Assembly: GCA_003693705.1 (NCBI GenBank)
Contig: RBZT01000313.1
Coordinates: forward strand, 70,000 to 133,999
Reading direction: 5' to 3'
DNA: 64,000 nucleotides
Origin: Polymyxa betae A26-41
Lineage: Eukaryota; Protista; Endomyxa: Phytomyxea
A program made the position numbers and the translations under genes. The stretch's first letter is position 1; each line of letters starts with the position of its first letter. Of this stretch, positions 24,343-35,805 are shown piece by piece. Under the pieces are notes generated by a model. The model searched no databases. It was not told where the DNA came from and saw only the letters and a program-made list of their open reading frames with translations.

Positions 24343-26686
24343 TTACACAATTTTAAATATGTTTTCGAGAGAACTATATCTTGGATTGAAGATCATCCTC
24401 GTGACGAAGTCGTTTAACAGGCGGAGTCGATCAGGATGATTTCGTCTCACAATCATTATGGGGCGAGACATTAAATTAAGAGCTACTTGCTTTTTGTTGT
24501 TATCAGGAGAAATCTTATCGAAAGCATAGACCAGCGCTTCAACTAATTCGGGGTACAAGATATAAAGGAACATTTCAATTTGAAACCGACGAGGTGAAGT
24601 CATGAGCAGCTGTGTTCCTCTCTCCAGATCAAGACAGCTTTCTAACTGGCAGAGAACTGCGGCATCAAAGTACTCTCCGTTTTGGCTTAACGATGTCATC
24701 AACATTTCAAAATATGTTGGGTCAGTTAAAACTGGATTGTTGAGAAAATTTTCCTTGGACCCAACCCGAATTATAGTTAATAATACTCGAGTACAGTTTG
24801 CAAAATCTGACTCAGAATACAGAACGATTGCAATTGCTTTGAGATGGGTAATAATATCCGGTGAAACTGAAACCGAAGATATTAAAGCTCCTCGCAAGCA
24901 TTTCAGCACCTTTGCTCGAACGATCGTTGGGGGGATCTTTAGTTTTGTAAGCAAGCGCTTTACCTTGACATCAGCAAAACCAACTCCATATAAACTCATC
25001 TCGATATTTAGAGGTGACTGCTGAAGATTGTTTGCAATCAAGCTGAGCAATGCTGCGATAGAGAAAGCAGTTGATGGCGACGCCCGCACAAATCGTTCAA
25101 CAATGGTCGATTTGTCACTATCTAGTAGCAAACGTGCAAGCTTTTCAGGACATTTCTGGGCAATCTGAACAACACAGTCCAAAATATCGTCGTCCTTTCC
25201 TGACAGTTTTGATATAGGAATCAAGGATTGGCATTCCAGCTTGAAAGCAAATTCGATGCGTTCGACTAAGTCAGTTCGAGTATGAACCGAGGTGAAGAAA
25301 TTTTCAGGCAAGCCAGATGCAGGACAGTCGGTCTCGAGCATCATATCACGATTTGAAATAAGTGTTGCTAAACGGATCTAAAAGACGTCACGAATGTGGG
25401 AGATAGCAACAAAATTCAAACCTGTTCGGCCCACATTCGTAACCTTTCAACTCCTTCGTAACAAGCTAAAATATCGCTCGGATTGGTTTTCTGTAGTTCA
25501 TCTATGACCTAGGCAGAATTAATTAGGCAATACATCTTTCCCGAAAAAATACCAGATCGACAGTTCGGGTCAAATCGTCATTTTCAATGCCTTTAGAAGC
25601 GAGATCTCGGACGTCAATTGGCGTTGAATAAACCAGGAAGTCCCAAAGCGAACGAAAAACTGCATTGGCGAAAGTTGGATACTGAATGAAAAGCAGAATA
25701 AGAAAAGAAGCAAATTAATTGAGATAACAAACACACCACAGTCGAGGGATTGATCAGGCGAGCGACAAACGCAGATGCATCGTCCCCAGAAAGTACTGGA
25801 CTCTCACAATAGCCTGCTGCTTGAAGTAATGCCAAGAGTCGGGGTTTAGAAATACGCTTTTCAGGGTCCTGATGGGCTAGCTCTAACTGCTGATGGCAGA
25901 GACTTGATTGATGTGGCAGCGGCTCCGAATTGTCATGTTGAGTGAAGAGAGCGATGGCCTTAACCAATAAGGCCTGCGCTTGGCTAGAATCTAAATTCTA
26001 AGAAAAATTACATTTCAGCATGTTTGAGATCGAGTTTCCGTACTAATAGATAGTATTCAGCCAATTCCATGGCAATACAGGCATTTGGTTGATTTTTGGA
26101 AACAGTCTGGGCAAGGAAACTCAAAGCTGGAGGAAGCAGATCCTTTAGCGATTCTCGTGTGGTCCTAGAATCAGAGGTCGCAGAACGAACTATGTATCTA
26201 GCAATGAATTCGTCAAAAAAACAGCACGAAATATATAAAATAAGGGACCTGTAAATCTGTGTCATGCTGGGCCCTTCATGCTCGGTAATCGACAACCAAT
26301 CCGAATTGGCGCTTTCAATTACTATATCATTCAACCGATGAATAATAGTTGAGCGATGCTCGAGCAGATCGGATTTATCTAACGACACATTTAAAGTGAT
26401 CAAAACCTAAAAATCTTAAAAAGCGGTCATTTTGAAAGCAAAATGAGGCACCCACCTGAATTGCCATATCAATAAACACGAGCTTTGAATTTTGAAATTT
26501 CATGGCGCGATCAAAGAATGCAGCAAGCAAATCGGTTGCGGTAGGAACAGCATGGTTCGAATGCAGTAAAAGCTGGAGCTAATCCAGACGATTAGATCAC
26601 GGAAGGCGTCGGTCACCCATCTGAAACCGTACATGATTATCGAGCAGTCCAGGATCTCGATATGAAATGATTTCGAGACTGGCCAT
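24343..26686 (-). CDS. Integrator complex subunit 8-like protein, multi-exon
   Basis: The N-terminus LLDNH/LQLLLHSNHAVPTATDLLAAFFDRA...MAIQ and the C-terminus AAVLCQ...YILYPELVEALVYAF...KKQVAL resemble both ends of INTS8 (VAILCQ...YIWDVTILEYL...KRQIAI) as recalled. Confidence 0.55.
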
Positions 26687-27034
26687 CTCTATGCCCTGCT
26701 TCCTGTCTACTGGTAGACGTTCCCCTAAAGGAATCGGACCTCTCACAATGACCCATTTGCGGCGCGACCACCTGGTAACATTTCCATTTGGCTTTGAAAC
26801 TCCAACTCTTCTGATGTCAATCATTTGCTCATTGCACCTTAATCTCGTGGTTCTGGCCTGAGCCGTGACCCATCGATTACCAAGAGCACTTCCAGTTATG
26901 GAGATTAATTTGAAGCCGTTTTTTTATGCCTACGTGTTTATTTGGTAAGCTTACTATTCATATTAAAACCGTTGGTGAGCTCTTCAGATGACCCTAGTAT
27001 ATTCATACCAATTATAAGAGTCTGTGAAGAATAA

Positions 27035-28627
27035 TTAAACCGAGTCTTGTTCTTGTTCAATTTGCAGATTGGGAGGATCTGCGATGATATTTGCATCACC
27101 GAATTGAACTGTGTGGGTCGTTCCCGCTCCAGGTATTTGCCCATCTAGATTCGCCTTGCTTGTTTCTGCATTCACCGAGACTTCGTCAGCGCCAGCTTGA
27201 CTGTCTCCTTCCTCTTCTGCAACAGATTCAGAAATCCGTTTCTTTGCAATCGTTGTCGCAAAGTTCGCTTTGCTATCAAGACTGGGCTCGGCATCCATCA
27301 TGGTCGTACTGTATTGCGATACCAGACCAGTCTGGAATGAAATGTTATAGCTTTGCGAGAGACAAGCGATAATGTCGGTTTACCTTTCCTTTACGACCGC
27401 TGTTAAAGCTTTGCATTCTTGTTATTGTTCCGGTTAAAGGAGCAGCATTAGCTATACCGCCATTGATCCATGGGTGAGCTAAAAAGACTTCAAGGCTCAT
27501 CCGCTGCGGGGGATCGAGTTTCAATAACGATCTAATTATCTGTTTTGCTTTATGCCATCACGGATCAGATAACTAAACGAAAACCGTCGACGTCGTTACT
27601 TACGAGGTTCGCTTATGTCATTCCAAACTGGATCTTCGAAATTATATTCGCAATTTACGATTCTTTCCAGCAATTCAGGCTCTGGAAGATCGCCATAGTC
27701 ATCGAACGGGTGGTACTGAAATCATCAAGTCAGATTCAGTGCTTGGAAAACGATTTTCGTGTATTACTCCGCTCAATCTATGTGAAGCTGATCAGCTCTT
27801 ATGCTTAATAGTACGTGTTGGTTTGGAAACTTACAAGATAAACATTAGGACTCCCAGCGTCCAGTTATCCACCAGGCTCGTATAGGGTTTTTGTTCGATG
27901 ACCTCAGGAGCTGAATATAAGTGAGTGAGCATTACAACAATATCGCTTCATTCACCGACCACAGTACGCCCAGGTCCCGCAAACTGTCAAGATATCGGTC
28001 AACAGCCGAAATACTCTTCAGAACATGGGCTTACTTGTCTTCATGATGACCTGGTCACCATCCAAAATCTTCGACAATCCAAAATCGCCAACTTTCAGAT
28101 CAGAATCGGCCATATTCGACACGAGCAGAATATTTTCAGGCTGGTTCCTCGTCATACATTAAGAAACAGGAAATGTGACTAAGTACCTTGAGATCCCGAT
28201 GGGTCACCCCTTGTTTATGGATGTGATCTAAAGCTAATGCTAACTGTTGCAACGTTCTTCCGGCATCCTTCTCAGAGTAGTTCCCGTAATCCACTATTCT
28301 GCTAAAAAGGTCGCCTCCCGTGCACAATTCCATAATCAAGAAGAAATTGTTGTCGTCTTCATGGACGGAAATCAGCTCGACGCAATGTCGATGCTTGCCG
28401 ACTCGTCTGAGGACGGCGACCTCTTCTCTCATCGCCATCGGGTTCGTCACCTTCCTCTTGTTGATGATCTTCACAGCGAACTTGTCACCGGTTTTTTTAG
28501 CAGTGCATATGTTAACCGTGGCGAAATGGCCTTTGCCTAGCTCGGGCCCTAGTTGAAACTGATCGTTGAACCCTTTGGGTTTACCAGCCGAGGTCGACCT
28601 CGCACATGAGAGCAAACTGCCCATTCC
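27035..28627 (-). CDS. CaMK-group Ser/Thr protein kinase with N-terminal dual-acylation motif, multi-exon
   Basis: MGSLLSC; GKGHFATV; AVKII; HRDLK/PEN; DFGLSK; CGTWAYCAPE; D(N)WTLGV; LSGYHPF. Autoinhibitory-like RMQSFNSGRK followed by an acidic tail (ORF 27035-27301). No EF-hands seen. Confidence 0.93.
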
Positions 28628-28789
28628 AGTTTTTAAGCTCACACGAAATAAGATATTCAGGAGCTACCGAAAATGAGCATGTGTACCGAAAACCTTGTAA
28701 TATCTGCTGACGAATCGGTTTAGTTTCAAAAAATGCTGATAATCTATTCTTCGTTATTTACTGATTGTAACCTAAACATCTGTTGACGA

Positions 28790-29700
28790 TGGAATGCCAA
28801 ACAGCTTCAACAATCAGGACATCATGAGTCTATCTGATGAACGTTAACGACAACTGGAAGAAAAATCGCTGCACTTTAAGTTGTCAAACTGTGATAAGTT
28901 GATCCAATTTGCTCTTCAACTTAAATGAAGAAGTTTTCTGCGATTCTCTTGATTCTTGTATAGTCGTCGAGGAACGAGTCTTGTTCCGTGTCGTTTCAAA
29001 GTTCCATGATATATGTGCATCTTGGGACATTGTCCAGGGCGAGTTCGGGAAAGACTTTTATCCACAATTAAATACATTCCTATAGACTACTGGTTCTGCA
29101 GAAACCGTAAAACTAACGGACAGGTCTTTTTGTCAAGGCGCATGGTAGATACATAGATAGTTCGATTGCATTGCAAATTGACAAAAGGCAAAATACGCTG
29201 CCAACCAGAACGATCGCGAATATGGAGATCAATTCGAACCATCGCAGTCAACTGAACTTTTCGGCTCTGCCTCTTCTGCAGCAACGTCTTCAATCATATC
29301 GTCTGGTGTGTGCCGGAACCCAGCCCAGATGCGGTTAACGCCCGCTGCATTGACATTGTCGTCTTAATGTCATTCTTCTAGTGATGCATCCTTGAAGAAT
29401 GCGAAAGAGAGCTGAGCCTGACATCGATTTGAATGCTGTTATGCGGGCTGAAATCGACCATCGACGGGAGGAAGCCCGTTCGCGTTTTGATAAAGAAATG
29501 ACCGCTGTTTTGAAGAGAAAATCGCAGATGTGCATGCAGGCGAAAGCCGTCCGGACACTTCTGCTCAACTAACCGGGTCGAAGCGAAAATCCAGCCCCCG
29601 CGTTCCTCGCCGAGACCCTTCAGCTGAAACATCAGAAGAGGAAAATTCAAATACAGAATGTTATTTGAAGATAAAAAAATTTAGTCTTAGTTCGGGATTT
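28790..29700 (+). pseudogene. Degraded coding relic, possibly a hAT-like transposase 3' region
   Basis: Protein-like fragments broken by stops and frameshifts (e.g. SWDIVQGEFGKDFYPQLNTFL*, MRKRAEPDIDLNAVMRAEIDHRREEARSRFDKE). The hAT resemblance is weak. Confidence 0.25.
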
Positions 29701-30167
29701 TGTTCTGACTTTCAGAAGCTAAATTAAATCTGCGACCGACACCTCGAAAATTCGTTTGTAGTCACGGTCGACTTTCGCAGCCGTCCAATTGTCAGTGAAA
29801 ATGCTGTATCGACCTCCATAGTGGATATAGACACAAATCATTTCCTGAATTGCTGTCCCTGGAAAGAAGCGCCGAGATCATTACCACCCACCAGAGGCAT
29901 GAAAGAAGAAGCAGTTCACTAATGTATTCGAACGGCCCGAGTCCAATCAGTCCATCAACTCCATACTCCAATATCCAAGTCGATTACAGATGTAGGGGAG
30001 ATAGAATCTTTTATGACAGATGGATAATGGCGCCTAAACCAAGCGTCGCAGCGCAATTCATGGTGTCATTGGGGTGTTAGATAGAGGCCCCAAGACCCCA
30101 AGCTCAAGTGCATCTATAATTACAAAACCTAGGCTGTCTCTCATTCCATTAGTCGCTGCATTTCATC

Positions 30168-32374
30168 ATGCAGCAGGCGTCCATAAAGTCTTTCTTCCAA
30201 TCGAAGGCCTCAGACGTTCGCGATTTGGCTCCGGCCGAGCTGCCGGAAAAGCGATCAGACGGGGCAGAAAATCGTTCGGCCTGTAGCTCGCCCAAAGAAA
30301 TAATGAAAGTCGAGGAAATAAATTCGGCTCCGACACCGCTGCCGGAAAAACGATCGCCTCGAAAAGAAAAAAGATCGGCTAGTAGTTCATCGGAACAGAA
30401 AACGGAAGTCGACAAAGTCGTGATAGTTCTTTCGGATACTGAGCCTGAAGAACGGAATGTGATTCCAACTGGGCAAAAGAAGCGAAGATTGGTCGTGCCC
30501 GGCGATAGACTGGATTGTAAGACGTCCTCGAAACAAAATCATTTTGTGTCGGCAATTGCGAACAAGGTTTCCAATGAGATGACGACCCTCTCAGAGAAAG
30601 CCATCGCCAGCTACTTACTTAAACACGGAAGTCTGTTGAAGGACGCCATTCACAGCCGTTCGTTAAAGACATTGAAAGAGATGCTATTCGGAACATTAGC
30701 GACACCGAAAAAGCCCAATCAGCTCTGGACGAAAAAGTTCGAGACAAATCGCTGTGTCAACCAGGATGTTGACGACTTAATGCGTTCATGGATGCGAATT
30801 TTCATTCGACGAAGACCTCTTGATATCAATGATGATGAAGTTGCCTTACTGGAGGAGCATCGTATTCGCAGCGCTGCTGAACAGAGGCGCGACAACCAGT
30901 TCATCGTTGACGACTCCGACGATGATGAGATTCCATTGTGTCGCGTGCTGGTGTTGGAGGGTTCGATTGGAAGTGGAAAGACCAGCGCTGTCCATTCGTG
31001 TTTGTACGCTTTAAACGAGGACAAGAAGGGCGTGATAGAAGTGAATGCTTCTCAACGACGACGACAAGCTGATCTCGTCAATCGCTTTAAAGAAGCGACG
31101 CAATCACAGTGGATTGATGATAGGACGTCATCGTTAAAACCAAAAAAGTCGAGCAAGAAAGTCACGAAAGGGAAAAATGGTCGCCCTTCAGGGCCAATAT
31201 CTGATAAGCATGCGGTCGTGTTAATTGATGATGTCGATATTATGCTGGAAGAGGACGCAGGCATGAAATCTGTTAGTCGATGCATTCTTGCTTTGCTCAG
31301 TATCTGTAGGATTCTCCAAAGGAATCGCATTTCTGTTGAAGGACACAAAGCGTCCTATAATATTAACTTGTGCTGAGCTACCGAACAGCATTCGATCGTT
31401 ATTATCCAATGGATATTATAACTTCGCCTTATTGGAACAGAACCAGGAGACTTTGGTATCGTTTTTGTTATCAATCTTGTTATCAGAAGGCGCTGTTTCT
31501 CTACCTTCAGATGTCGATTTGAAAAGATGTTTGCAGCTATTACATAACGATCTGCGCTCGACTTTGAACAATCTTCAGTTCTGGCTGGATGTTGATCGGG
31601 ATTCCTTGATCTCAAACATTCAAAAACGCGAAACGCTTCAGTGCCTCAACGCGCCCAGTGCTTATTTATATCAGCGATTCTCCGGTTTTGGAAATCTCCC
31701 TTTGGAGTCGATCTGGAAATTTGCCGAGTTTCAGAATCTCGAATCGGTTGTTCGACATGGGACAGAATCCGAGCTTTGCAATGTCATACACGAGAACTAC
31801 ATCAAACTCTGCAGTGATAATGACGATGATCCAAGGCATATTGATTCTACGGCCGATTTGGCTAATATTGCAGAAGCCCTCAGCATTACTGATCTCATTT
31901 CCGCCTATCGGAATCCCAAGCAAGAGCTGCCGCTTCACCAGCGTATATTATGTTGTACATCCGAATTAGTGTGCGAATACTATCGAGGGTTTGTTTGCAA
32001 TTCGCCCAGGAACATTGAGATTTCAGATTGCAGTTTGCATTCATCATGTCAAGAGCAAGATCACTGTCAGTTTGCATCAATTTGGGAAGAATATCGGTGC
32101 GCAGAACCTGCTGCTAAACATCATCCATCTATTTCGTTTGCTATCGATCATATGAGCGCGATTCGTTTGATCTCACGCTCTGAGGAGCGCAGTCGAGAGT
32201 CAAATAGGAGGGTTACAAGAAGGTCCTCTGTCACTCGTTTTGTGCAATATAGATTTTTTACTCGGTGCTTTTAGGTTCCATCATTACTTAAGGAGTTCTT
32301 TAACGGCTACAGGACTAGAGCTTGCACAAAATCACTGTACCAGTTTATGTACGACAGAGGATTCGCTTCCTTAA
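30168..32374 (+). CDS. ATAD5: ATAD5/ELG1 RFC-like PCNA unloader (AAA+ ATPase)
   Basis: LWTKKF; Walker A GSIGSGKT; IEVNASQRR...FKEATQS; Walker B LIDDVD; TKRPIILTC; DLRSTLNNLQFW; spliced C-terminal RRFHHYL. Confidence 0.88.
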
Positions 32375-32591
32375 ACTCTCTTCAAATGAAACAGTTGATT
32401 TATCAAGAATTGAACTGTCAATAAATGTTTAAACAATACTGGCGCTACGATTGGCCGTTTGCATTTACCTACTTTAAGAGGAATTTAACAAGGTTTTTGC
32501 CTACGGCTTTCTTGTTTGTTTTAGGCGACGGAGTCCGTTCGGACTTTAGTCGTCGTCCTAAACTTTTCTGGCAAATTCGTCCCAATTCAGG

Positions 32592-33586
32592 ATGTCTGCT
32601 CCCGAATGTGTCCAGCTTGATGGCCTGGTCGTTATTAAGATTATGAAACATGCTCGGGAGTCGTTGCCAGACTCAGTTTCTGGTCATCTTCTGGGTCTGG
32701 ACGTCCAAGGCCGGTTGGAGGTGACCGGCTGCTTCCCCATGCCAGCCGCCACTCCCATCCCACCTGTTAACACTCGGGGGAAAAATGCAGCATTGGAAAT
32801 TGATGAGAGCGAGGTTGCCAGGGATGATATGGAATATCAACTGCAAATGATGAAGTTGTTACGAGAAGTAAATGTTGACAGTAATAGTGTGGGCTGGTAT
32901 CAGTCCATCAGCAACGTCGATCTGATGCAGGTTTGATTCCAAAGGCGAAAACCGAAACTCTTTCTCATTATTTGTAGGATCAAGGCTCTGCTTCGGCCTG
33001 GTCTGCTATTGTTGCAACTCAGTACGACTATCAGACCAACATCCCAGGTTCAGTTGTAATCATCTATGATCCGCTTCGCACCGCATATGGTGCATTGGCC
33101 ATCCGTGCCTACCGGTTATCAGATGCATTCATGAAGTTTTACAAAGCTGGTGATCAGTCAAAAGAAGGCTTTAACCGCCATCAGATTGACTCTGGAAACA
33201 TTTTCCAAGAAATCCCGGTTAAAGTTCATAACTCTAATCTGGTCCACGCTTTTCTTTATGAGTTAAGAGAAAAAGGCACAGTCGCTTGCGAATTCGACCG
33301 TCTGGATATGTCACAGCATGGCTTCATTGCTGACGATTTGAAAGCGCTTGGTGATTCTGTCCATGAATATTCCCAAGAACAGGGTCGTTATCAGTTTTAT
33401 CAACGCAGCATGGCTCGCCAAAAAAGCCAGGGCGAGAAATCGTCTTTATCCGCTCCTTCGAGACTGGACATTTTCTTGGTTACACAAGCGATGCGCCGTC
33501 TCTGTAATGAAATTGGAAGCCAATCTAGCTCTGCATATACTCGCCTGTTTGTTACAGAAACTCCTTCCCAATCCAAACAGCAATAA
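32592..33586 (+). CDS. EIF3H: Eukaryotic translation initiation factor 3 subunit H (MPN domain)
   Basis: VQLDGLVVIKIMKH, GHLLGLD, LEVTGCFP, YQLQMMKLLREVNVDSNSVGWYQS, VIIYDP, IRAYRLS, PSRLD. Confidence 0.95.
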
Positions 33587-33602
33587 ATTTCCACATACTC
33601 GG

Positions 33603-35695
33603 CTATATTTCTGGTCGGTTTTTCGAATAGAGCTGATTGTATAGGCGATCAATATCGATTTTAGATTCGATACTGTCGATGCTTAATCTTGACATCGGAA
33701 ATTGAATTGCTAGGATGGCAGATTGCAGTCTGTTCGTGAACTGGAAAGCACAAGGGCATTGAGGAATCACTGCTAATAAACCATGCAGTGATTTGTATAG
33801 ATATGGATGCGCTTGGATGTCAAGAATGTCGAGTCTGATTTTGAAAAAAGTTGGAGAGTCAAGCAGTTCAATGAGCTGTATAACTTGCTCAAACGTGTCA
33901 GTTGACCAGAAGTTTATGAGACAGTCCCTACAACTGGTGTCAGATTTAAGTTAAACCCCAACTAAGATGCTTCTTACAGCGAGGCTATCACCAAAAACGC
34001 CAGCTCGTAAACGCGGCTGAAAAGACACAACCCTATCAGAGCAATTGGATTAGAGACCCATGCTGAAAACAGCCGACAGAAGATATGTGAAGACGATGCT
34101 GACTGAAGATGCATTCTAAAATCCAAAAGAGAATCTGATAAGAAAATGGCCAACATCATGGTATGAATTGTCATTGGGGATAATTCAGAACATGAAAGCG
34201 TTGAGACAATGTTAAATAAGGCGTGCCCTCCCAGCAGATCCGATAAACAGTTCACTATCACAGTGCATCGCTTCTTTTCTAAAACTGATTCGCGAGAGCA
34301 ATTAATAGCTCTGATTAGATCGCGTAATGTGCTCATCAGCGAGGTTTGGGATATTGCTATTCGTATGACGATTTCTAATATCCCTCCGATTTCTCGGAAA
34401 GGAGATTCCAATAGAATTCGGAGCAATCGTTGTTGGAAATTCTGGTGACCTGTTAACGAGCCACCTCTTCGGACATAAACTAGCAAATAATCCAGTGCAG
34501 CTGTTTGAGATCTCGGACCAACAACAGAATCCAAGTTGATAGGTACACAGATGTCTTTCAGAGCTTTAAATATCTCTTGATGAGAATTGGCGGCAGTGTT
34601 GCTAATTTGTTCGTAAGGATCATCAAGACACTGTAATAGAATGCTGATAGCCAAAGCAGACTCAGCCGAAGTTGGGATTTTCTGAACCAGATCAGGCATC
34701 CACTTCAGTGCAGTCTGGCGGACGACAGAAGCCTGCCCTCTATCAGCAGCAATCTTTGTAATTATACGAAGGCATGATCCAGGAGGCAGTTGATGCCGGA
34801 CTGATTCAATGAAAGATCTCACATTGACTGTTATGTCTGCATGCTGATCGGTTAGCATTGATAAAATCGCAGGCAACGCAAATATAACTGAAACTCGATT
34901 ACTGCAATGGAGAAGCCGAGTCCAGCTCAATGCAAAATGTCTTGAGTAAGGGTCGCCTCGAAGTAGCACTCTTTCCAAAACCGGGACGATTGAATCAATG
35001 CAGCCTGATCTATCATCAAGTATGGCGTCCTTCAATAAACAGTTAAGATGTTCGGTGACGCTCCTGATAGAACTATCATTGCAATTAACTAAGCCTGCAA
35101 TTGCCGAAAAGATTTCGGCGATATGTTCTATCATGGCAGATCGACAGACTTTAGAGATATTGTAAAGACCTATAATATTGATGAGGTAAACCTGAAAGGA
35201 ATAAACACGTCTTACATTCACAAGCCAGGAAAAGATGACGAAGATTGTTTTCATTTCGAAGAACGGAAATAACTGAATAGATTGATTGTGAATATAAGCC
35301 CCTACAACAAAACATTCAACCAGAATCATTTAAGATTTATAAATTGCAAATACGCTAGCACTTCAGAATCAGTTTGTATAGTAACTGCACAAACTAGACA
35401 ACGGATTACCACCAAAGATGAGAACAATTGCAGCGGTACCTGACAGGGTCAACAGGGCAGATTTACATAACGAGATGTCTGAGCAGAGATCATAGACCAC
35501 AGTTTGAATCAACTTGGCGACATGGCCTGGTTTATGTCGGATCCAAAGCCGAATCTGCCTCTCCAGTAATCCGATAGCTGCCTTGCGTTTATCTAGAGAT
35601 TTATCCCCCAGATCGGATCGCAGCTGATCTAGAACCTGCGGGATATCGGAGGGGGAAGAGGGCGGTGTCAACGACACCGGCATGGTAAACACCAT
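33603..35695 (-). CDS. VAC14: VAC14 scaffold of the PIKfyve/Fab1 complex (HEAT repeats), divergent
   Basis: LGDKSLDKRKAA; PYSRHFALSWT; LFSAWVSNPIALIGLCLFSRVYELA; last exon LIELLDSPTFFKIRLDIL...HPYLYKSLHGLLAVIPQ, matching the Fig4-binding domain pattern. Confidence 0.85.
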
Positions 35696-35805
35696 TATAT
35701 TTGATGTTATAAATGAGAGAGATGTAAGAACAGACCGCCGGGGTCCCCGAGTTAAGTTATGTTACACAGCTTTATAGTAGATAGATTAGGTCATATGGAG
35801 GGAAA

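Noticed and set aside
27035-27301. Separate gene, or the 5' part of the INTS8-like gene
   Set aside because: It splices onto the kinase as its last exon; the INTS8-like gene starts near 26686.
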